Source: an uncultured candidate division Zixibacteria bacterium
Lineage (GTDB): Bacteria > Zixibacteria > MSB-5A5 > UBA10806
Length of the DNA: 64,000 bases
NCBI GenBank assembly: GCA_963801605.1
Contig: CAWDFP010000006.1
Span: forward strand, 1 to 64,000
Direction: 5' to 3'
Shown here: piece by piece, positions 31,005 through 43,072 of the stretch
How positions within the stretch are numbered: position 1 is the stretch's first letter
Layout of the letters: each line of letters begins with the position of its first letter
Position numbers and translations under genes: made by a program
The notes under the pieces: generated by a model
The model's database searches: none
Told to the model about the DNA's origin: nothing
The model's input: only the letters and a program-made list of their open reading frames with translations

Positions 31005-31032
31005 AAAGGGAGCCTGGATCAGGCTCCCTTTT
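31005..31032. terminator. Bidirectional intrinsic terminator
   Basis: aaagggagcctg-gat-caggctcccttt perfect 12-bp stem between convergent genes. Confidence 0.85.
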
Positions 31033-31062
31033 GACTTAGTAGTATCAAGAATTGGATCATTA

Positions 31063-33211
31063 TTATTTAATCAGAAGCATTCTTCTGGTTTCTACGAAAT
31101 TTCCAGCGGTGATGCGGTAGAAGTAAACGCCCGAGGGACGATCCCCGGCGTTCCAGGTAATCTGGTAATAACCGGACTGCTGCTCTTCATTCAACAAGGT
31201 TACGATTTTCCGTCCCAACAGATCGAAGATCTCGATGGTCGTCAGCGCTTCCTGCGGAAGGCCATAACCGATAGTAGTTTGGGCGTTGAACGGATTCGGA
31301 TAGTTCTGAAGCAAGGTGAATTTAGACGGAATCGATTGGTTTGGGTCTGCGATACCGCTTGGATCTACGTAAATAAAATTAACGACCCTGGCGCTATCGG
31401 GCATTTCTGAGATAGTCACGGTCTGGGGCTGGGGCTGAAGAAGACCGGGAATATACGGCGTATCAAGAGTCCAATCACCGTCACAAAGCCATAGCGAGTA
31501 AGTACCGGTTATAGAATCGACATTAGTCCAGTTGGTGTAACCGTTGTTATTATTTTCAGTATGGGCGTTAACGAAAGGAGAATACGGAAGCGGCAACGGG
31601 ACGTTGATCAGGGTTCCTGTTACATTACAATGTGACCAATTTAGAACAAACCCAAGGCCTCCGGTGGTATCATCGGTAACATGCACATTTCGGAATTGCG
31701 GTTTGGACTGATAGCCCTGATAATAGGTACCCAGAGAATAGTATCCGGTATCGGCATAGATTGTAAAAACGCCATTATTATCGCATTGAGTATTAAATCC
31801 GGAACCCTCGCGGTACAAGTTAACCCCGACGTTATTCCAGAACACGGGAGGGTCACCGGGGTCAATGGTGACGGTATCCCGAATCATTTTTCCGTAAATG
31901 AAATTGAGATTGATGGTGTCTCCCGGATGGCGATTCCAATATTGACCAAGGCCATCAAGCACATATCCGGGCGGGATCGGATAACGGTCGTCCCAATTTG
32001 AGATACTAACATTCCATCCCGTTGGATCCATCGAGGAAATATATAGTGTTACCAGATTGGCAAGTCCCATGTCCGCTGATAGAATTTGTCCCGCATTGAA
32101 GACTATTTGATTGGGCCTGAACCATGTACTCGTGACTGGGGTTATTACCATTTTCGGTCACCCTGGCATAAATTACGGTATCGCTGGAGTAACAAACGAA
32201 ATCATGACGAAGGCTATGAATCACGGTATTATCGAACTCATAGCTATTCGGATACAGGTAGTCAGGATTTAGATCGCCCGGATTAATTCCGATATTCCAT
32301 ATTCCGTATTGCGAGGGTCCAACATAAAACTTGTAAGTACCATCGAGTATTTGAATTTCCCTGCCATTGCCGCCATTTCTGGGATAGCAGTAAACATACA
32401 TAGGTCTGATGAGCAGGGCGTCATTCTGATCCCTGATTTCGCCGTATATGCTGTCTGTCGGGGCGGAATAGGCAAAATTGACACCGTCAATGATACCGTT
32501 AGCGGTTCTCATTTGATCGGCGGGCGTTACATAACCCGGAATATCAGAGGGTTTAATCTGGAACAGAAGTCCAGTGCCAGCATCACCAATATTCATCTGA
32601 TAGAATCCGCTGTCATTGGTAAGAGCGCCCCATAACTGGGATTCGTCGCCCTGAGGCTTGCCTTCGATCCAAACATTGTGCAGAACCGGGTCGGGGGCAG
32701 GATGCCCCGTAACGGTTATCTGGCCGCGAAACATATTGGGGGGTGACAATAGCGGATTGCAATACAAGGCTCTTTGTGCCGAGGTGGCATCGGATTGGTC
32801 GGTGGCCTTGAATACGTAATTTCCCGGAGCAACTCCAAGCAGCATAGGCGGAGAAACGTACCAGCCATCCGGAACAGGATTGATGTCCGGCGGAGGGCCG
32901 TTTGAAAGAGTATCGCCATCAGCAATATTAAACGTAGCCAGCATCCTATCGGAGGAAGGTTCGATTATCGAATTGCCGTTCAGATCGATCCATATCTCCC
33001 AGGTTATCGTGGCGCCAACGGCGCAATTTGACCCCCAGCTTACCAATTCACCCTGCGTCATAGAGGTTCTCGAAGAATCTCCGTTGACGGAGAAGAAGAT
33101 ATAATTCGTAAGTGCCATCGCCGGTCGGAATGACAACAACACAAATAATAAAAGACCGATCGCAATCCAGGATTGCAGGCCTTTAGACTTAAGATTGGTA
33201 ACAGTTTTCAT
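31063..33211 (-). CDS. Secreted beta-rich protein with C-terminal T9SS-A/FlgD-like sorting domain, one frameshift near 32066
   Basis: Signal peptide ending AMA; overlapping ORFs 32006-33211 and 31063-32151; LLQNYPNPFN...SGVYFYRI...MLLIK. Confidence 0.8.
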
Positions 33212-33966
33212 ACTCCTCCATGTTTGTCTTTAATTATTGAATGTTACAATTAAGATTTTCGATCTTAAATTCCCTCAACTCCCAATACAGAAGGGGATTT
33301 ACTTAGAAGGATTTTTCCTGTGTTATATATCGGCAGAATAATGGTAATTATAAGTATCGGATAGAATTATGGACCGTCATTATCGGCGGCCAGATGAGAC
33401 TCATGTAACACCAGGGGTTACCCGGTTCCTTTTAGCGAAACTTGTTATTATGATATAGAGCATCATGTTCAAGTAATCGAAGCGAAAACAAGGAACTTGA
33501 AGGGCGGGCGCCGACAGCAGCCGAGTTTTGGAGATTATATCGGATACAGGCTTTCTTTGGATTTTAGCATATTTCAGATAACATAAATATGGTATCAAGA
33601 TTGAGGGAACCATGGATCCCGGCCAAATGAAATGCTTAACGCAGAAATTAGCTATACCAGGGAACTTTACTTGGGCATAATTCAGTTTTTTTCAAGAGAG
33701 GTTTCGTAAGGGAAACTTCGGTAATGGTAGTTTCGGGAGGGGTTTTTAATATTTAAGGCGAAAAGCTTGAGAAAGAGTGGGATTTGCGGATAATTACTAT
33801 ATGGCAGCCCGGCTCATAAACCCCTCTTGTTCATTAACATAACAACAGTTCACAGTGAGGTAAATCGCTTACCGCATATAGGGTAAAAACATAACGTAAA
33901 ATAAATCCAGGTTTTTGGTATTTGATAATGAATAGCAATATCAATTAGGGTTAAGGAGTACAATCC

Positions 33967-35094
33967 ATGATAAAGAGAATGATCATAATGCTGATATGTG
34001 TCCTGGTTTTTATAGGCGCATTAGGATTCACGAAATATCACCAGATCAAAACCGCAATCGCCCAAAATTCATCATACAAACCTCCGCCGGAAGCCGTAAC
34101 CACAGTGGTAGCGGCCCAAAATGAGTGGCAGACGATGTTGAAGTCAATCGGAACTGTGACGGCGGCGCAGGGCGTGGTTGTCAGCGCCGATCTGCCGGGT
34201 ATTGTAGCGGCAATAAATTTCGAATCCGGCAAGCGGGTAAAAACGGGCGACGTGCTCGTACATCTCGATACCAAGCAGGAAGAAGCGCAACTGGCCGGAG
34301 CGGTGGCCCAACAGAAACTGATGCATTTGAATCTCGACCGAGCGAACGGGCTTCGGGACAAAAATTTAATTGCCCAGGCGGATGTGGATCAGGTCAAGGC
34401 TGAAACCGAACAGGCCGATGCCGGCGTAAATGAGATTCAGGCTACTATCGAACGCAAGACGATTCGGGCGCCGTTCGATGGAATACTTGGTATACGTCAG
34501 ATAAATCTGGGTCAATATGTAACTGCCGGCCAGGCGATTGTGCCGTTGCAGGCATTGGACCCGGTATATGTCGATTTCGCGATACCTCAACAAGAGATGG
34601 CGGACGTGCATGTGGGCGATCAACTGGAGGTTGCTCTTGAGGGCACATCCGGGATAGCAGCAAAAGGGCAAATTACGGCGATCAATTCAGTCGTCGATCA
34701 ATCAACGCGCAATATTAATATTCGGGCAACTCTTCCCAACCACGATGGCAAGCTGTTCCCCGGAATGTTTGTGAAGGCGAGCGTGCTGGTAGGCAAAAGC
34801 AATCCCGTGATAGCGGTGCCGGCATCATCGATCGCTTACACCCCATACGGGGATTTCGTTTATATCGTTGATGATTTAAAAGCGCCAAACGGCGAGACAT
34901 ATAAAGGAGTCAAGCAGCAGTTGGTCAGGCTCGGCAGCGCGCGAGGCGATCAAGTGTCAATTGAAAATGGAGTTAGAATTGGTGAAGAGGTGGTAACCTC
35001 CGGCGTATTCAGGCTTCGCAGCGGAGCGGCTGTTGTAGTCAATAATGAAATTCAACCGTCCAATAATCCCACGCCAAAACCCGAGGAGAACTAA
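33967..35094 (+). CDS. RND efflux periplasmic adaptor subunit
   Basis: N-terminal TM, IRAPFDG, LFPGMFV. Confidence 0.92.
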   Translation: MIKRMIIMLICVLVFIGALGFTKYHQIKTAIAQNSSYKPPPEAVTTVVAAQNEWQTMLKSIGTVTAAQGVVVSADLPGIVAAINFESGKRVKTGDVLVHLDTKQEEAQLAGAVAQQKLMHLNLDRANGLRDKNLIAQADVDQVKAETEQADAGVNEIQATIERKTIRAPFDGILGIRQINLGQYVTAGQAIVPLQALDPVYVDFAIPQQEMADVHVGDQLEVALEGTSGIAAKGQITAINSVVDQSTRNINIRATLPNHDGKLFPGMFVKASVLVGKSNPVIAVPASSIAYTPYGDFVYIVDDLKAPNGETYKGVKQQLVRLGSARGDQVSIENGVRIGEEVVTSGVFRLRSGAAVVVNNEIQPSNNPTPKPEEN

Positions 35095-38000
35095 TGAAAC
35101 TTACGGATCTTTTCATTCGTCGCCCGGTCCTGGCCATAGTCATTAATCTGATTATACTGATCGCCGGGCTCCAGGCGATTCGATCTCTTAATGTACGGCA
35201 ATACCCCAAAAGCGATTTAGCGGTCATTACGGTAACGACGACTTACGTTGGCGCTAACGCTGATCTGGTGCGCGGATTTATCACTACGCCGCTGGAGAGA
35301 GTGATCGCGAACATGGATGGAATCGATTACATGGAATCGTCCAGCTCACAGAGCATGAGCACTATAACGGTCCATCTAAAACTTAATTATGATACCAATG
35401 CGGCACTGACCCAAATTCAAGCTAAGGTAGCACAAGTCCGAAATGATCTCCCCCCGGACGCTCAAGCATCAATTATTGAGCTTGAAACGGCCGAACATCA
35501 ATTTGCGGCCATGTATATCGGATTTGCGTCACAAACGTTCGATCAAAATCAGATTACGGAATACCTAACGCGCGTGGTGCAGCCAAAACTCTCGGCGGTT
35601 AGCGGCGTGCAGAGAGCCGATATTCTGGGCGGCCGCACATTTGCGATGCGTGTATGGCTCAAGCCGGATAGGATGGCGGCCCTGAATATATCACCGTCAC
35701 AGGTGCAGGATGCCTTGGCCAAAAACAATTACCTTTCGGCACTGGGATCCACCAAGGGATCAATGGTGTCCGTAAATCTCGTGGCCAACACCGATATCCA
35801 AACACCTGAAGAGTTTCGTCAAATGGTGGTCAAGGAGGATAACGGAGTAGTAGTGCGACTCGGGGAAATTGCGGATGTCGTATTAGGCGCCGAAGATTAC
35901 AACCAGGATGTACGTTTCAACGGACAAGGCGCGACGTTTATGGGCATCTGGGTACTTCCGACAGCAAATACGCTCGATGTTATCAAGCGTGTGCGTGAGG
36001 TCATTCCGGAAATCCAGTCTCAACTGCCGAACGGCATGACTGTAGGTATCCCCTATGATTCGACCGAGTACATCAAAGACGCCATCGGAGAGGTACTCAA
36101 AACGCTATCGGAAACATTGCTTATCGTAATCATTGTAATCTTCCTATTCCTGGGCTCTATCAGGGGAATGATAATTCCGGTGATAGCAATCCCGGTTTCT
36201 CTGATAGGGGCCGTGTTCTTAATGTTTATCGCCGGATTTACCATTAACCTGCTCACACTTCTCGCTATAGTGCTGTCGGTGGGGTTGGTTGTAGATGACG
36301 CTATAGTGATGGTTGAAAATATCGAACGGCATATACATCTGGGACAACGTCCGGTTCAGGCTGCAGTTCTGGCGGCCCGGGAGCTGGTGGGCCCGATAAT
36401 CGCGATGACTATCACGCTAGCGGCGGTGTATATGCCAATAGGAATTCAAGGCGGATTAACCGGTTCGCTCTTTCGGGAGTTCGCGTTTACGTTGGCAGGA
36501 GCAGTGATAATATCGGGTGTCGTAGCTCTGACGCTCTCCCCTATGATGGGCTCAAGGTTTCTTCGAGCGGGAGACACCGAGCGCGGTTTTGCGGGCATGA
36601 TCAACAGGCATTTTGAGGCAGTTCGCAGCCTGTATATGCGAGTACTAACCCGCATTCTGGCGTACCGTCCGGTGGTTTATGTCCTTTGGGGTATTGTGGC
36701 TTTATTAATGATACCGTTTTATATGTTTGCTCAGCGCGAGTTGGCGCCTGCTGAAGATCAAAGCGTGGTGTTCGGTATCGTGCAGGCATCGCCGAATTCA
36801 ACGCTGGATCAGACCAGGCTTTTCACTGATAAAGTAAATCAGGTTTATCAATCGCTGCCCGAATATAAAAATACATTCCAGGTGACATTTCCCACCGGCG
36901 GCTTTAATGGGCTGGTCACCAAGCCTTGGAGCGAACGGACTAAATCTACAAAACAGATACAACTGGACGTGGCCAGAGGTGTTTCGAAAATTGCGGGTGT
37001 TCGGGTGATCTCGTTGATTCCCCCGGCGCTTCCGGGCGGTGGAGATTTCCCGATAGACCTGGTAATAGCGTCTACGGCTGAACCCGAACAGCTTATTCAG
37101 TTCGCGAATCAGTTGGTGATGAAAGCATACGGCAGCGGCATGTTCATGTATGCTGACGCCGACCTTAAATTCGATCAGCCACAAGCAGAGGTGATATTCG
37201 ATCGTGACAAGATGCGCTCCCTGGGAGTGGATATGAGTCAGGCGGGCCGCGATCTTTCCACGCTCTTAAGCGGGAATTATGTAAATCGGTTTAGTTTCCA
37301 GGGCCGGAGTTATAAGGTTATACCTCAGGTTGAGCGAAGCCAGCGTTTAACACCTGATCAACTCGAGGGGATTTATGTGACGGGGCCGGCGGGACATCTG
37401 GTGCCGCTGTCTACTTTCGCCACTCTGCAATCCTCGACTCAGCCTCGCGAACTGAAGCGATTTCAGCAGCTAAACGCGGTGCGTATCCAGGGGGTGATTC
37501 CTCCGGGGGTTTCGCTCGATAAAGCGTTGAGCTTTCTTGAAGATCAGGCAAAGCAGATACTTCCACGCGGTTACACTATCGATTATGCGGGGGAATCGCG
37601 GCAACTGCGTGTTGAGGGCAGTAAGTTTCTCGGCATTTTCCTGCTTTCGGCTATTCTGATATTCCTCGTGCTGGCGGCACAATTCGAGAGTTTTCGCGAT
37701 CCGTTCGTGATTCTGGCGGGATCGGTTCCGTTGGCGATATCCGGCGCTATGATGTTTATGTTCCTCGGATTTACTACTCTTAACATTTATAGCCAGGTCG
37801 GACTGATAACGCTGGTTGGGCTGGTATCGAAAAATGGAATATTAATAGTCCAGTTTGCCAATCAACTTCAGGCCACGGGCAGAAATAAAATTCAGGCAGT
37901 CATTGAAGCAGCCGGAACAAGATTGCGTCCGATTCTGATGACCACGGCAGCTACAGTGGTCGGCCATTTACCGTTGGTCTTTGCACATGGTCCCGGCGCC

Positions 38001-38180
38001 GGGGCGCGAAATAGTATCGGTATTACGCTGGTAAGCGGAATGATTATCGGCACGGCATTTACATTATTCGTAGTTCCTGCGATTTACATGCTTGTGGCGG
38101 GCGTTCACAGGCCGGAGATTTCTATCGAGACAGAGCAGGAATTTGTGTCGGCCAAAGCCCTGGTAGCAGTACCGCAATAG
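35094..38180 (+). CDS. RND efflux permease (MexI/MexW-like)
   Basis: FIRRPVLA, GLVVDDAIVMVENI, KNGILIV, RLRPILMTT; 1028 aa. Confidence 0.95.
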   Translation: MKLTDLFIRRPVLAIVINLIILIAGLQAIRSLNVRQYPKSDLAVITVTTTYVGANADLVRGFITTPLERVIANMDGIDYMESSSSQSMSTITVHLKLNYDTNAALTQIQAKVAQVRNDLPPDAQASIIELETAEHQFAAMYIGFASQTFDQNQITEYLTRVVQPKLSAVSGVQRADILGGRTFAMRVWLKPDRMAALNISPSQVQDALAKNNYLSALGSTKGSMVSVNLVANTDIQTPEEFRQMVVKEDNGVVVRLGEIADVVLGAEDYNQDVRFNGQGATFMGIWVLPTANTLDVIKRVREVIPEIQSQLPNGMTVGIPYDSTEYIKDAIGEVLKTLSETLLIVIIVIFLFLGSIRGMIIPVIAIPVSLIGAVFLMFIAGFTINLLTLLAIVLSVGLVVDDAIVMVENIERHIHLGQRPVQAAVLAARELVGPIIAMTITLAAVYMPIGIQGGLTGSLFREFAFTLAGAVIISGVVALTLSPMMGSRFLRAGDTERGFAGMINRHFEAVRSLYMRVLTRILAYRPVVYVLWGIVALLMIPFYMFAQRELAPAEDQSVVFGIVQASPNSTLDQTRLFTDKVNQVYQSLPEYKNTFQVTFPTGGFNGLVTKPWSERTKSTKQIQLDVARGVSKIAGVRVISLIPPALPGGGDFPIDLVIASTAEPEQLIQFANQLVMKAYGSGMFMYADADLKFDQPQAEVIFDRDKMRSLGVDMSQAGRDLSTLLSGNYVNRFSFQGRSYKVIPQVERSQRLTPDQLEGIYVTGPAGHLVPLSTFATLQSSTQPRELKRFQQLNAVRIQGVIPPGVSLDKALSFLEDQAKQILPRGYTIDYAGESRQLRVEGSKFLGIFLLSAILIFLVLAAQFESFRDPFVILAGSVPLAISGAMMFMFLGFTTLNIYSQVGLITLVGLVSKNGILIVQFANQLQATGRNKIQAVIEAAGTRLRPILMTTAATVVGHLPLVFAHGPGAGARNSIGITLVSGMIIGTAFTLFVVPAIYMLVAGVHRPEISIETEQEFVSAKALVAVPQ

Positions 38181-38292
38181 ATAGACGGCTGAGATTATTT
38201 GGGGGCTGAATTACGTTAAACTCCGGGCATTGACGCTCTTTAGGAAAGCATCATTTGCCCGGGGTGTGATTAGCGATGCGAGACAAATTGCG

Positions 38293-38859
38293 ATGAGAAA
38301 AGTAATATTTGAAATGCTTATATCTCTCGATGGCTTTTTCGAGGGGCCAAACGGAGAGATTGACTGGCATAATGTAGATGCCGAGTTTAATGATTTTGCG
38401 ATTGAATTTCTGGACTCGGTAGACATGCTTTTATTTGGCAGGGTAACATACCAGCTAATGGCGGCCTACTGGCCAACTTCGGAAGCGATAAAGGACGATC
38501 CTATCGTGGCTGGCAAAATGAATAAATTGCCTAAGATCGTATTTTCAAAAACACTGAATAAGGCCGATTGGAATAATACCACGTTAGTGAAGGATAATAT
38601 TGCGGAGGAGATTTCAAAACTGAAACGACAAGCGGGCAAAGACCTGGTAATATTTGGAAGCTCGAATTTTGCATTGACACTGATTCAAGACGGTTTGATA
38701 GACGAGTTTCGAATAATGGTAAATCCGGTGGTATTGGGTAAAGGCAATCCGCTGTTTAGCGGAATAAACGGCCCGCTTAAATTAAAGCTAATCAAAACCA
38801 GGACGTTTCGTTCGGGAAATGTAATGCTCTATTATGAACCGATCAGAGAGAAAGCATAA
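38293..38859 (+). CDS. Dihydrofolate reductase / RibD C-terminal family protein
   Basis: ISLDGF, LFGRVTY, LIDEFRIMVNPVVLGKG. Confidence 0.88.
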   Translation: MRKVIFEMLISLDGFFEGPNGEIDWHNVDAEFNDFAIEFLDSVDMLLFGRVTYQLMAAYWPTSEAIKDDPIVAGKMNKLPKIVFSKTLNKADWNNTTLVKDNIAEEISKLKRQAGKDLVIFGSSNFALTLIQDGLIDEFRIMVNPVVLGKGNPLFSGINGPLKLKLIKTRTFRSGNVMLYYEPIREKA

Positions 38860-38898
38860 ACGGGCTTATTTAAAATTGTAAAAAATCTATCTGGATAA

Positions 38899-39517
38899 TT
38901 ATAATAGGCTTTTTCGCCATAAAAGCTGAATTTCGTAAGGCAAATCCGGGTAGGCGTCAGGCCGAACAAACGCTAATTCATAGCCATGATTAGCATAGAA
39001 CCTGCATGCCGGTACGTTGGTATTTTGAGTTTCGATTATTATAGCGATATTATTTTTTGCTTTAGCCCATTGTTCACATTTATCGAGAAGAATTGACCCA
39101 ATACCTTTTCCCCGCCATTCCGGCGAGATTCGGATATCCCATACGACAGCCTGATTAGCGGGCTTGTCGAGAATAATGAGGTCATCCGCTTTAAGAGGCA
39201 ATCGCCGCTGCCCCAACGGCCTTATTTCCGATCCGCACTGAAAATAATAACCACTCTGTCATGTCAAATCTTTTAGGCCAATCGGACGGGCTATTTCCCG
39301 GTAATTGATCGTAGTTTTTGAGATATGAGGTTTCCAATTTGCGTTCACTTTGCAGCAGGCTGCTCAAATTACAATCCGCATTGGGGGGAAATAAAATACT
39401 CGAAACATTGAAGGCAATTGATATCTGACAATACATATCGAGGAATGATAAGGATTCTTCACGTATTTCGAGCGGCGATGAGAGTGCTCTGCCATTACGA
39501 GGCATTTTATGGTTCAT
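38899..39517 (-). CDS. GNAT acetyltransferase, one frameshift near 39195
   Basis: WDIRISPEWRGKGIG, ETQNTNVPACRFY; two overlapping ORFs joined by removing one base. Confidence 0.75.
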
Positions 39518-39652
39518 AAGGATAAATTAATATCCTGATTATTTCACTGCAATCGATTTTGCGCATTAGAAGGCCGGAGTTCTCGGCCAGGTTCAAGGCA
39601 TTTTTGAAAGTCCGGGCGCTCAGGGCATCAAGATGCTGCAACTGATAAGATT

Positions 39653-40030
39653 TCAGGATCGATTTGCGCCGGCGAACATGGCGGCAAACGGCCGACCATC
39701 GAATGCCGACTCGACGTGCACGATCTTGCCGTTATTTATCTGATGCCATTCAGCAACCAGCGTGGTTGCCTCCGCCGGGGCCTTGGTTACCAACTCGAAA
39801 AAGACAGCCGCATTATTGCCCTCGGCAATTATTACTTTAATATCCAGCCGCGTGGTGACTGATAACAGGCCTGTTAGGGCTGTGAGATATTGATCGGCGT
39901 TACGATATGTTTCAAAAAGGCCAACAAATATAAGATCGTCGCTTAAGTATCTGCGGGCAGTAGTGAGATCCCTATTTATAACGGCCGCGTAAAAATTCTT
40001 TAAGGTATCCCCTGCGTTTGTCATAATCAT
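39653..40030 (-). CDS. SnoaL/NTF2-like protein
   Basis: FYAAV...YLSDDLIFVG...NGKIV pattern. Confidence 0.75.
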   Translation of the reverse strand: MIMTNAGDTLKNFYAAVINRDLTTARRYLSDDLIFVGLFETYRNADQYLTALTGLLSVTTRLDIKVIIAEGNNAAVFFELVTKAPAEATTLVAEWHQINNGKIVHVESAFDGRPFAAMFAGANRS

Positions 40031-40060
40031 GCTCCCCTTTTTATTATTTTATTAATATTG

Positions 40061-40492
40061 TCAATCGTATTCCAGCGCCTCCCCAGATTCCAACAGGCTT
40101 TTCATGCTGTTCAGGAGCTGCGGCCAACCCTCGCCAACATCCTCAAGGGCGTTAGCGCTGAGGTTTTCATGAGTGACAGTTAGCCTTACTACGAATTTCC
40201 CGGCTGGCGCGATTTCCATAGTTACAATCGAAGGGGCATCTTTCGATATAGCCGGCTTTCCTTCCAAGTGAAATGTATAGGAAAGTTTCGTAAGGGGCTG
40301 ATATATTAGCACTTTGCCCAGCCAATCGATTTTATTTCCGTCGTAGAGCGCTTTAATTTCCGAGCCAACTTTCCAATCCGTTGCCAAGCGACGGCCCCAC
40401 CAATATTTTTCGGTGAATTCCGGGTCGGTCAGTGCCTTCCAGAGTTTCTCCGAAGTTGTTTTGATATAGATTGCGTAAAAAAAGCGATCCAT
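40061..40492 (-). CDS. SRPBCC (AHSA1-like) protein
   Basis: IYIKTTSEKLWKALTDP, GWPQLLNSMKSLLE. Confidence 0.85.
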   Translation of the reverse strand: MDRFFYAIYIKTTSEKLWKALTDPEFTEKYWWGRRLATDWKVGSEIKALYDGNKIDWLGKVLIYQPLTKLSYTFHLEGKPAISKDAPSIVTMEIAPAGKFVVRLTVTHENLSANALEDVGEGWPQLLNSMKSLLESGEALEYD

Positions 40493-40589
40493 TTTTAGTC
40501 TCCATTTTACGAAAGGGGTGGATAGTTCCACCCCAATTATCGCCACTTATCCATTATCAAGGATATGTACACATTTTGGTTGATTGCCA

Positions 40590-41661
40590 TTATTTAACCA
40601 AAGTCATCCGTTTTGTTTCTGAGAAATCCCCGGCTCTAATATTATAGAAGTACACACCTGATGGTTTGTCGGCGGCGTTCCAAATCACAATGTGATTGCC
40701 GGCCGACTGGTTATCGTCTACGAGAGTTTCAATTCTTCGCCCCTGGATATCATATACGGTCAAATTGACGTCGGAGTTTATCGGTAGGTTGTATTGGATT
40801 GCCGTAGTTGGGTTGAATGGATTGGGGTAGTTTTGGGCTATGCTGAAATCGTTTGGCAAAGAGCCATTTTCAGCCACCGGGGTTTGCTGGCCCAGGAATT
40901 CGGCCGAGGCATCACTGCTATAGTTTACCGTATTAGAAGACACTTCCTTAGATACGCCAACCAGCGTATTAAAGCCCGCTCCAATGAAATTTGCCGTATA
41001 ATTATCGGATGTAGATGAAAAAAGCAGATTGTTCAGGCTGTCGTAGGTATTGAAAGTCATCCTTTCGTGAGACATAACGCGCAGGCATGAAACCGAATTG
41101 GTATTGTAGCGCGCAGTTCCCCAGGCGTTAGCGGAATAATAGGTCGTATCGAGAATATTGGTATGAAATAGTCCGCTATGCAGAGTCCAATGATGATATC
41201 CGGTCCACGAATTGCCGTAAGCGATGGGGAAAGTCCAATCGGGGGCGTTGTTTCTATAGACTACGATGGACCCTCCGTTTGGCGCACGGCTGACATTTCC
41301 CTCGCCGGTATATACGCTTGAATTGGATTGGTAGAATATCCAACTGGTATCCGTTCCTAAAATTGCCTTAAATACAAGATTGGCGTTCGGAAAACTATCG
41401 AGGGATGGTGAAGTACTGAGTTCAATTACAGTCACAGCGAAATTCCCTCCATATACCCGATTCGAAAAGTCCCAAGTCAAAGGCCCGCCGTTACCGTTGG
41501 AGGCGAAATAAAAAAGCGCACTATCGGCTTGAGCATCGCCACGGCTCTGAAGAACCGTGCCGGGTACCGGCTGAAAATTATTATTGATAGTGATCTGCGC
41601 CAGCGCCGCTTGTTGAAGAAACGGCCAACATCGTTAGTGCAGTTAAAAGCATTTTACGCAT
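40590..41661 (-). CDS. Secreted protein with C-terminal T9SS-A/FlgD-like sorting domain, frameshift near 41620
   Basis: MRKMLLTAL signal peptide joins ALAQITINN...TWDFS after removing one base; IAQNYPNPFN...SGVYFYNI...MTLVK. Confidence 0.78.
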
Positions 41662-42090
41662 AAGTCTCCCCCCTATTTATTAATAAGACGCGTTGCTCGT
41701 CGGATTGCACTTAAAGGTTTAGCCCGTAAATGCTCCTATAATTGATATATTTGATTTTAAACAACACTCCTGCGAAAAAGCATCGAATAATCATTGTAAC
41801 CATAAATAATTTGTTTACCTTAACGGCGACAAGTAATTTGGAGTTCCCTTCCGGTGGAAATATATCTGAAGATGAATAGGGGCAGACAACATTTTTGCGG
41901 CCAAATCGATTGTGAACAGAGTAGTTATTTAGATTGATATAATTGATACTGAAGAATGACAAAGTATTAAGAGATACCCGATATCGGGTTATTTTATGCT
42001 GAATTGGTAGGGATAAGAAGGCAATTTTTATCGTCCAACGGCGATATTGATGGCGGATCATAGCTGGCGTTAAATATGTTCCGCACCTTA

Positions 42091-42432
42091 TCAGTCGCGA
42101 TCGAAATGCGGCAGTTGATCGGGGATCGGAATTGAAATTTCCACATAACCCTGAAACTTCCCCGTTTCGAACAGCGGTATTTGATGGATGATTTTCTTTT
42201 GTCCGTTTTTCCTAATCGTATAATGATTTGGCTGGCGCGATTTATACATCGAGGCCAATTTAGACCGGGATGGTTCGGGATGGCAGACCAGGACATCGCT
42301 GCCGATCAAGGCGCTGCCGCCGTCAGCCGCGAAAGTAGAGACCGAGGCGGGATTCATTTCGGTAATTATGCCATTAGCATCGGTGACCGTGATTGCGATG
42401 GCGGCGTGATTGTTCCAGTTATCGGTAGTCAT
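42091..42432 (-). CDS. Stand-alone PAS-domain protein
   Basis: AITVTDANGIITEMN, LIGSDVLVCHP, YTIRKNG; aggag RBS. Confidence 0.75.
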   Translation of the reverse strand: MTTDNWNNHAAIAITVTDANGIITEMNPASVSTFAADGGSALIGSDVLVCHPEPSRSKLASMYKSRQPNHYTIRKNGQKKIIHQIPLFETGKFQGYVEISIPIPDQLPHFDRD

Positions 42433-42534
42433 TGAGTTTCTCCTACATAAATCTGTTTGCAGGGAAATATACGAGAATTTGCCATATGGCGCGATGGAAA
42501 ATGAGGGAATAATCATTCACATTTTGGTGAATTT

Positions 42535-42557
42535 TGGTGGAGGCGGGCGGAATTGAA
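42535..42557 (-). mobile_element. Isolated 3' end of tmRNA or tRNA-Ala, probable att site
   Basis: Minus strand reads ttcaattccgcccgcctccacca (T loop, T stem 3' side, acceptor 3' strand with U70, ACCA); the rest of the RNA gene is absent. Confidence 0.7.
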
Positions 42558-42997
42558 TCTCATTTTCAGCATACGGGACATAGACTTATTGACGGGGGAA
42601 CGAAAGTGGGATGAATTTCAGCCCATTTTTAATAAAAACAATGTTGGTGACCATCGGGTCCCAAACCCGAATATTGATCGCAAGGATAAATTATTGTTTG
42701 ATGATGTCATCAATGTCGCGTGAGCAATGGAAGCGTTTCTGTCACAAAGGATTATCCGCAGAAGCACCATCTGAATCATGCTCGGATGAGCGCTATTATC
42801 GCTTTCCTTATTTAGATAATTTCTTCAAAATATGTCCGTTGAAGTTCTGCATATTTAATATTTACGGCTCAATTATTTATTATTAAAAAATCTATGCCGT
42901 AACATATTAAAATAGTTTCGGATTATCGCCCTTAATTTCACAATAAAAGATCCTTATTAAGAATTCATTTTCAATTAATATCATTATTCTAAAAATA

Positions 42998-43028
42998 TAG
43001 TTGCAAGTGCAACTAAATGTATTATATT
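42998..43028 (+). promoter_or_regulatory. marR promoter with palindromic operator
   Basis: tagttgca-ag-tgcaacta perfect inverted repeat over a TTGCAA -35; TATATT -10 lies 16 bp downstream. Confidence 0.65.
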
Positions 43029-43072
43029 GCGTTTAAATTTGAAGCTGGAAAACGAACGGAAGGAATTTGAGA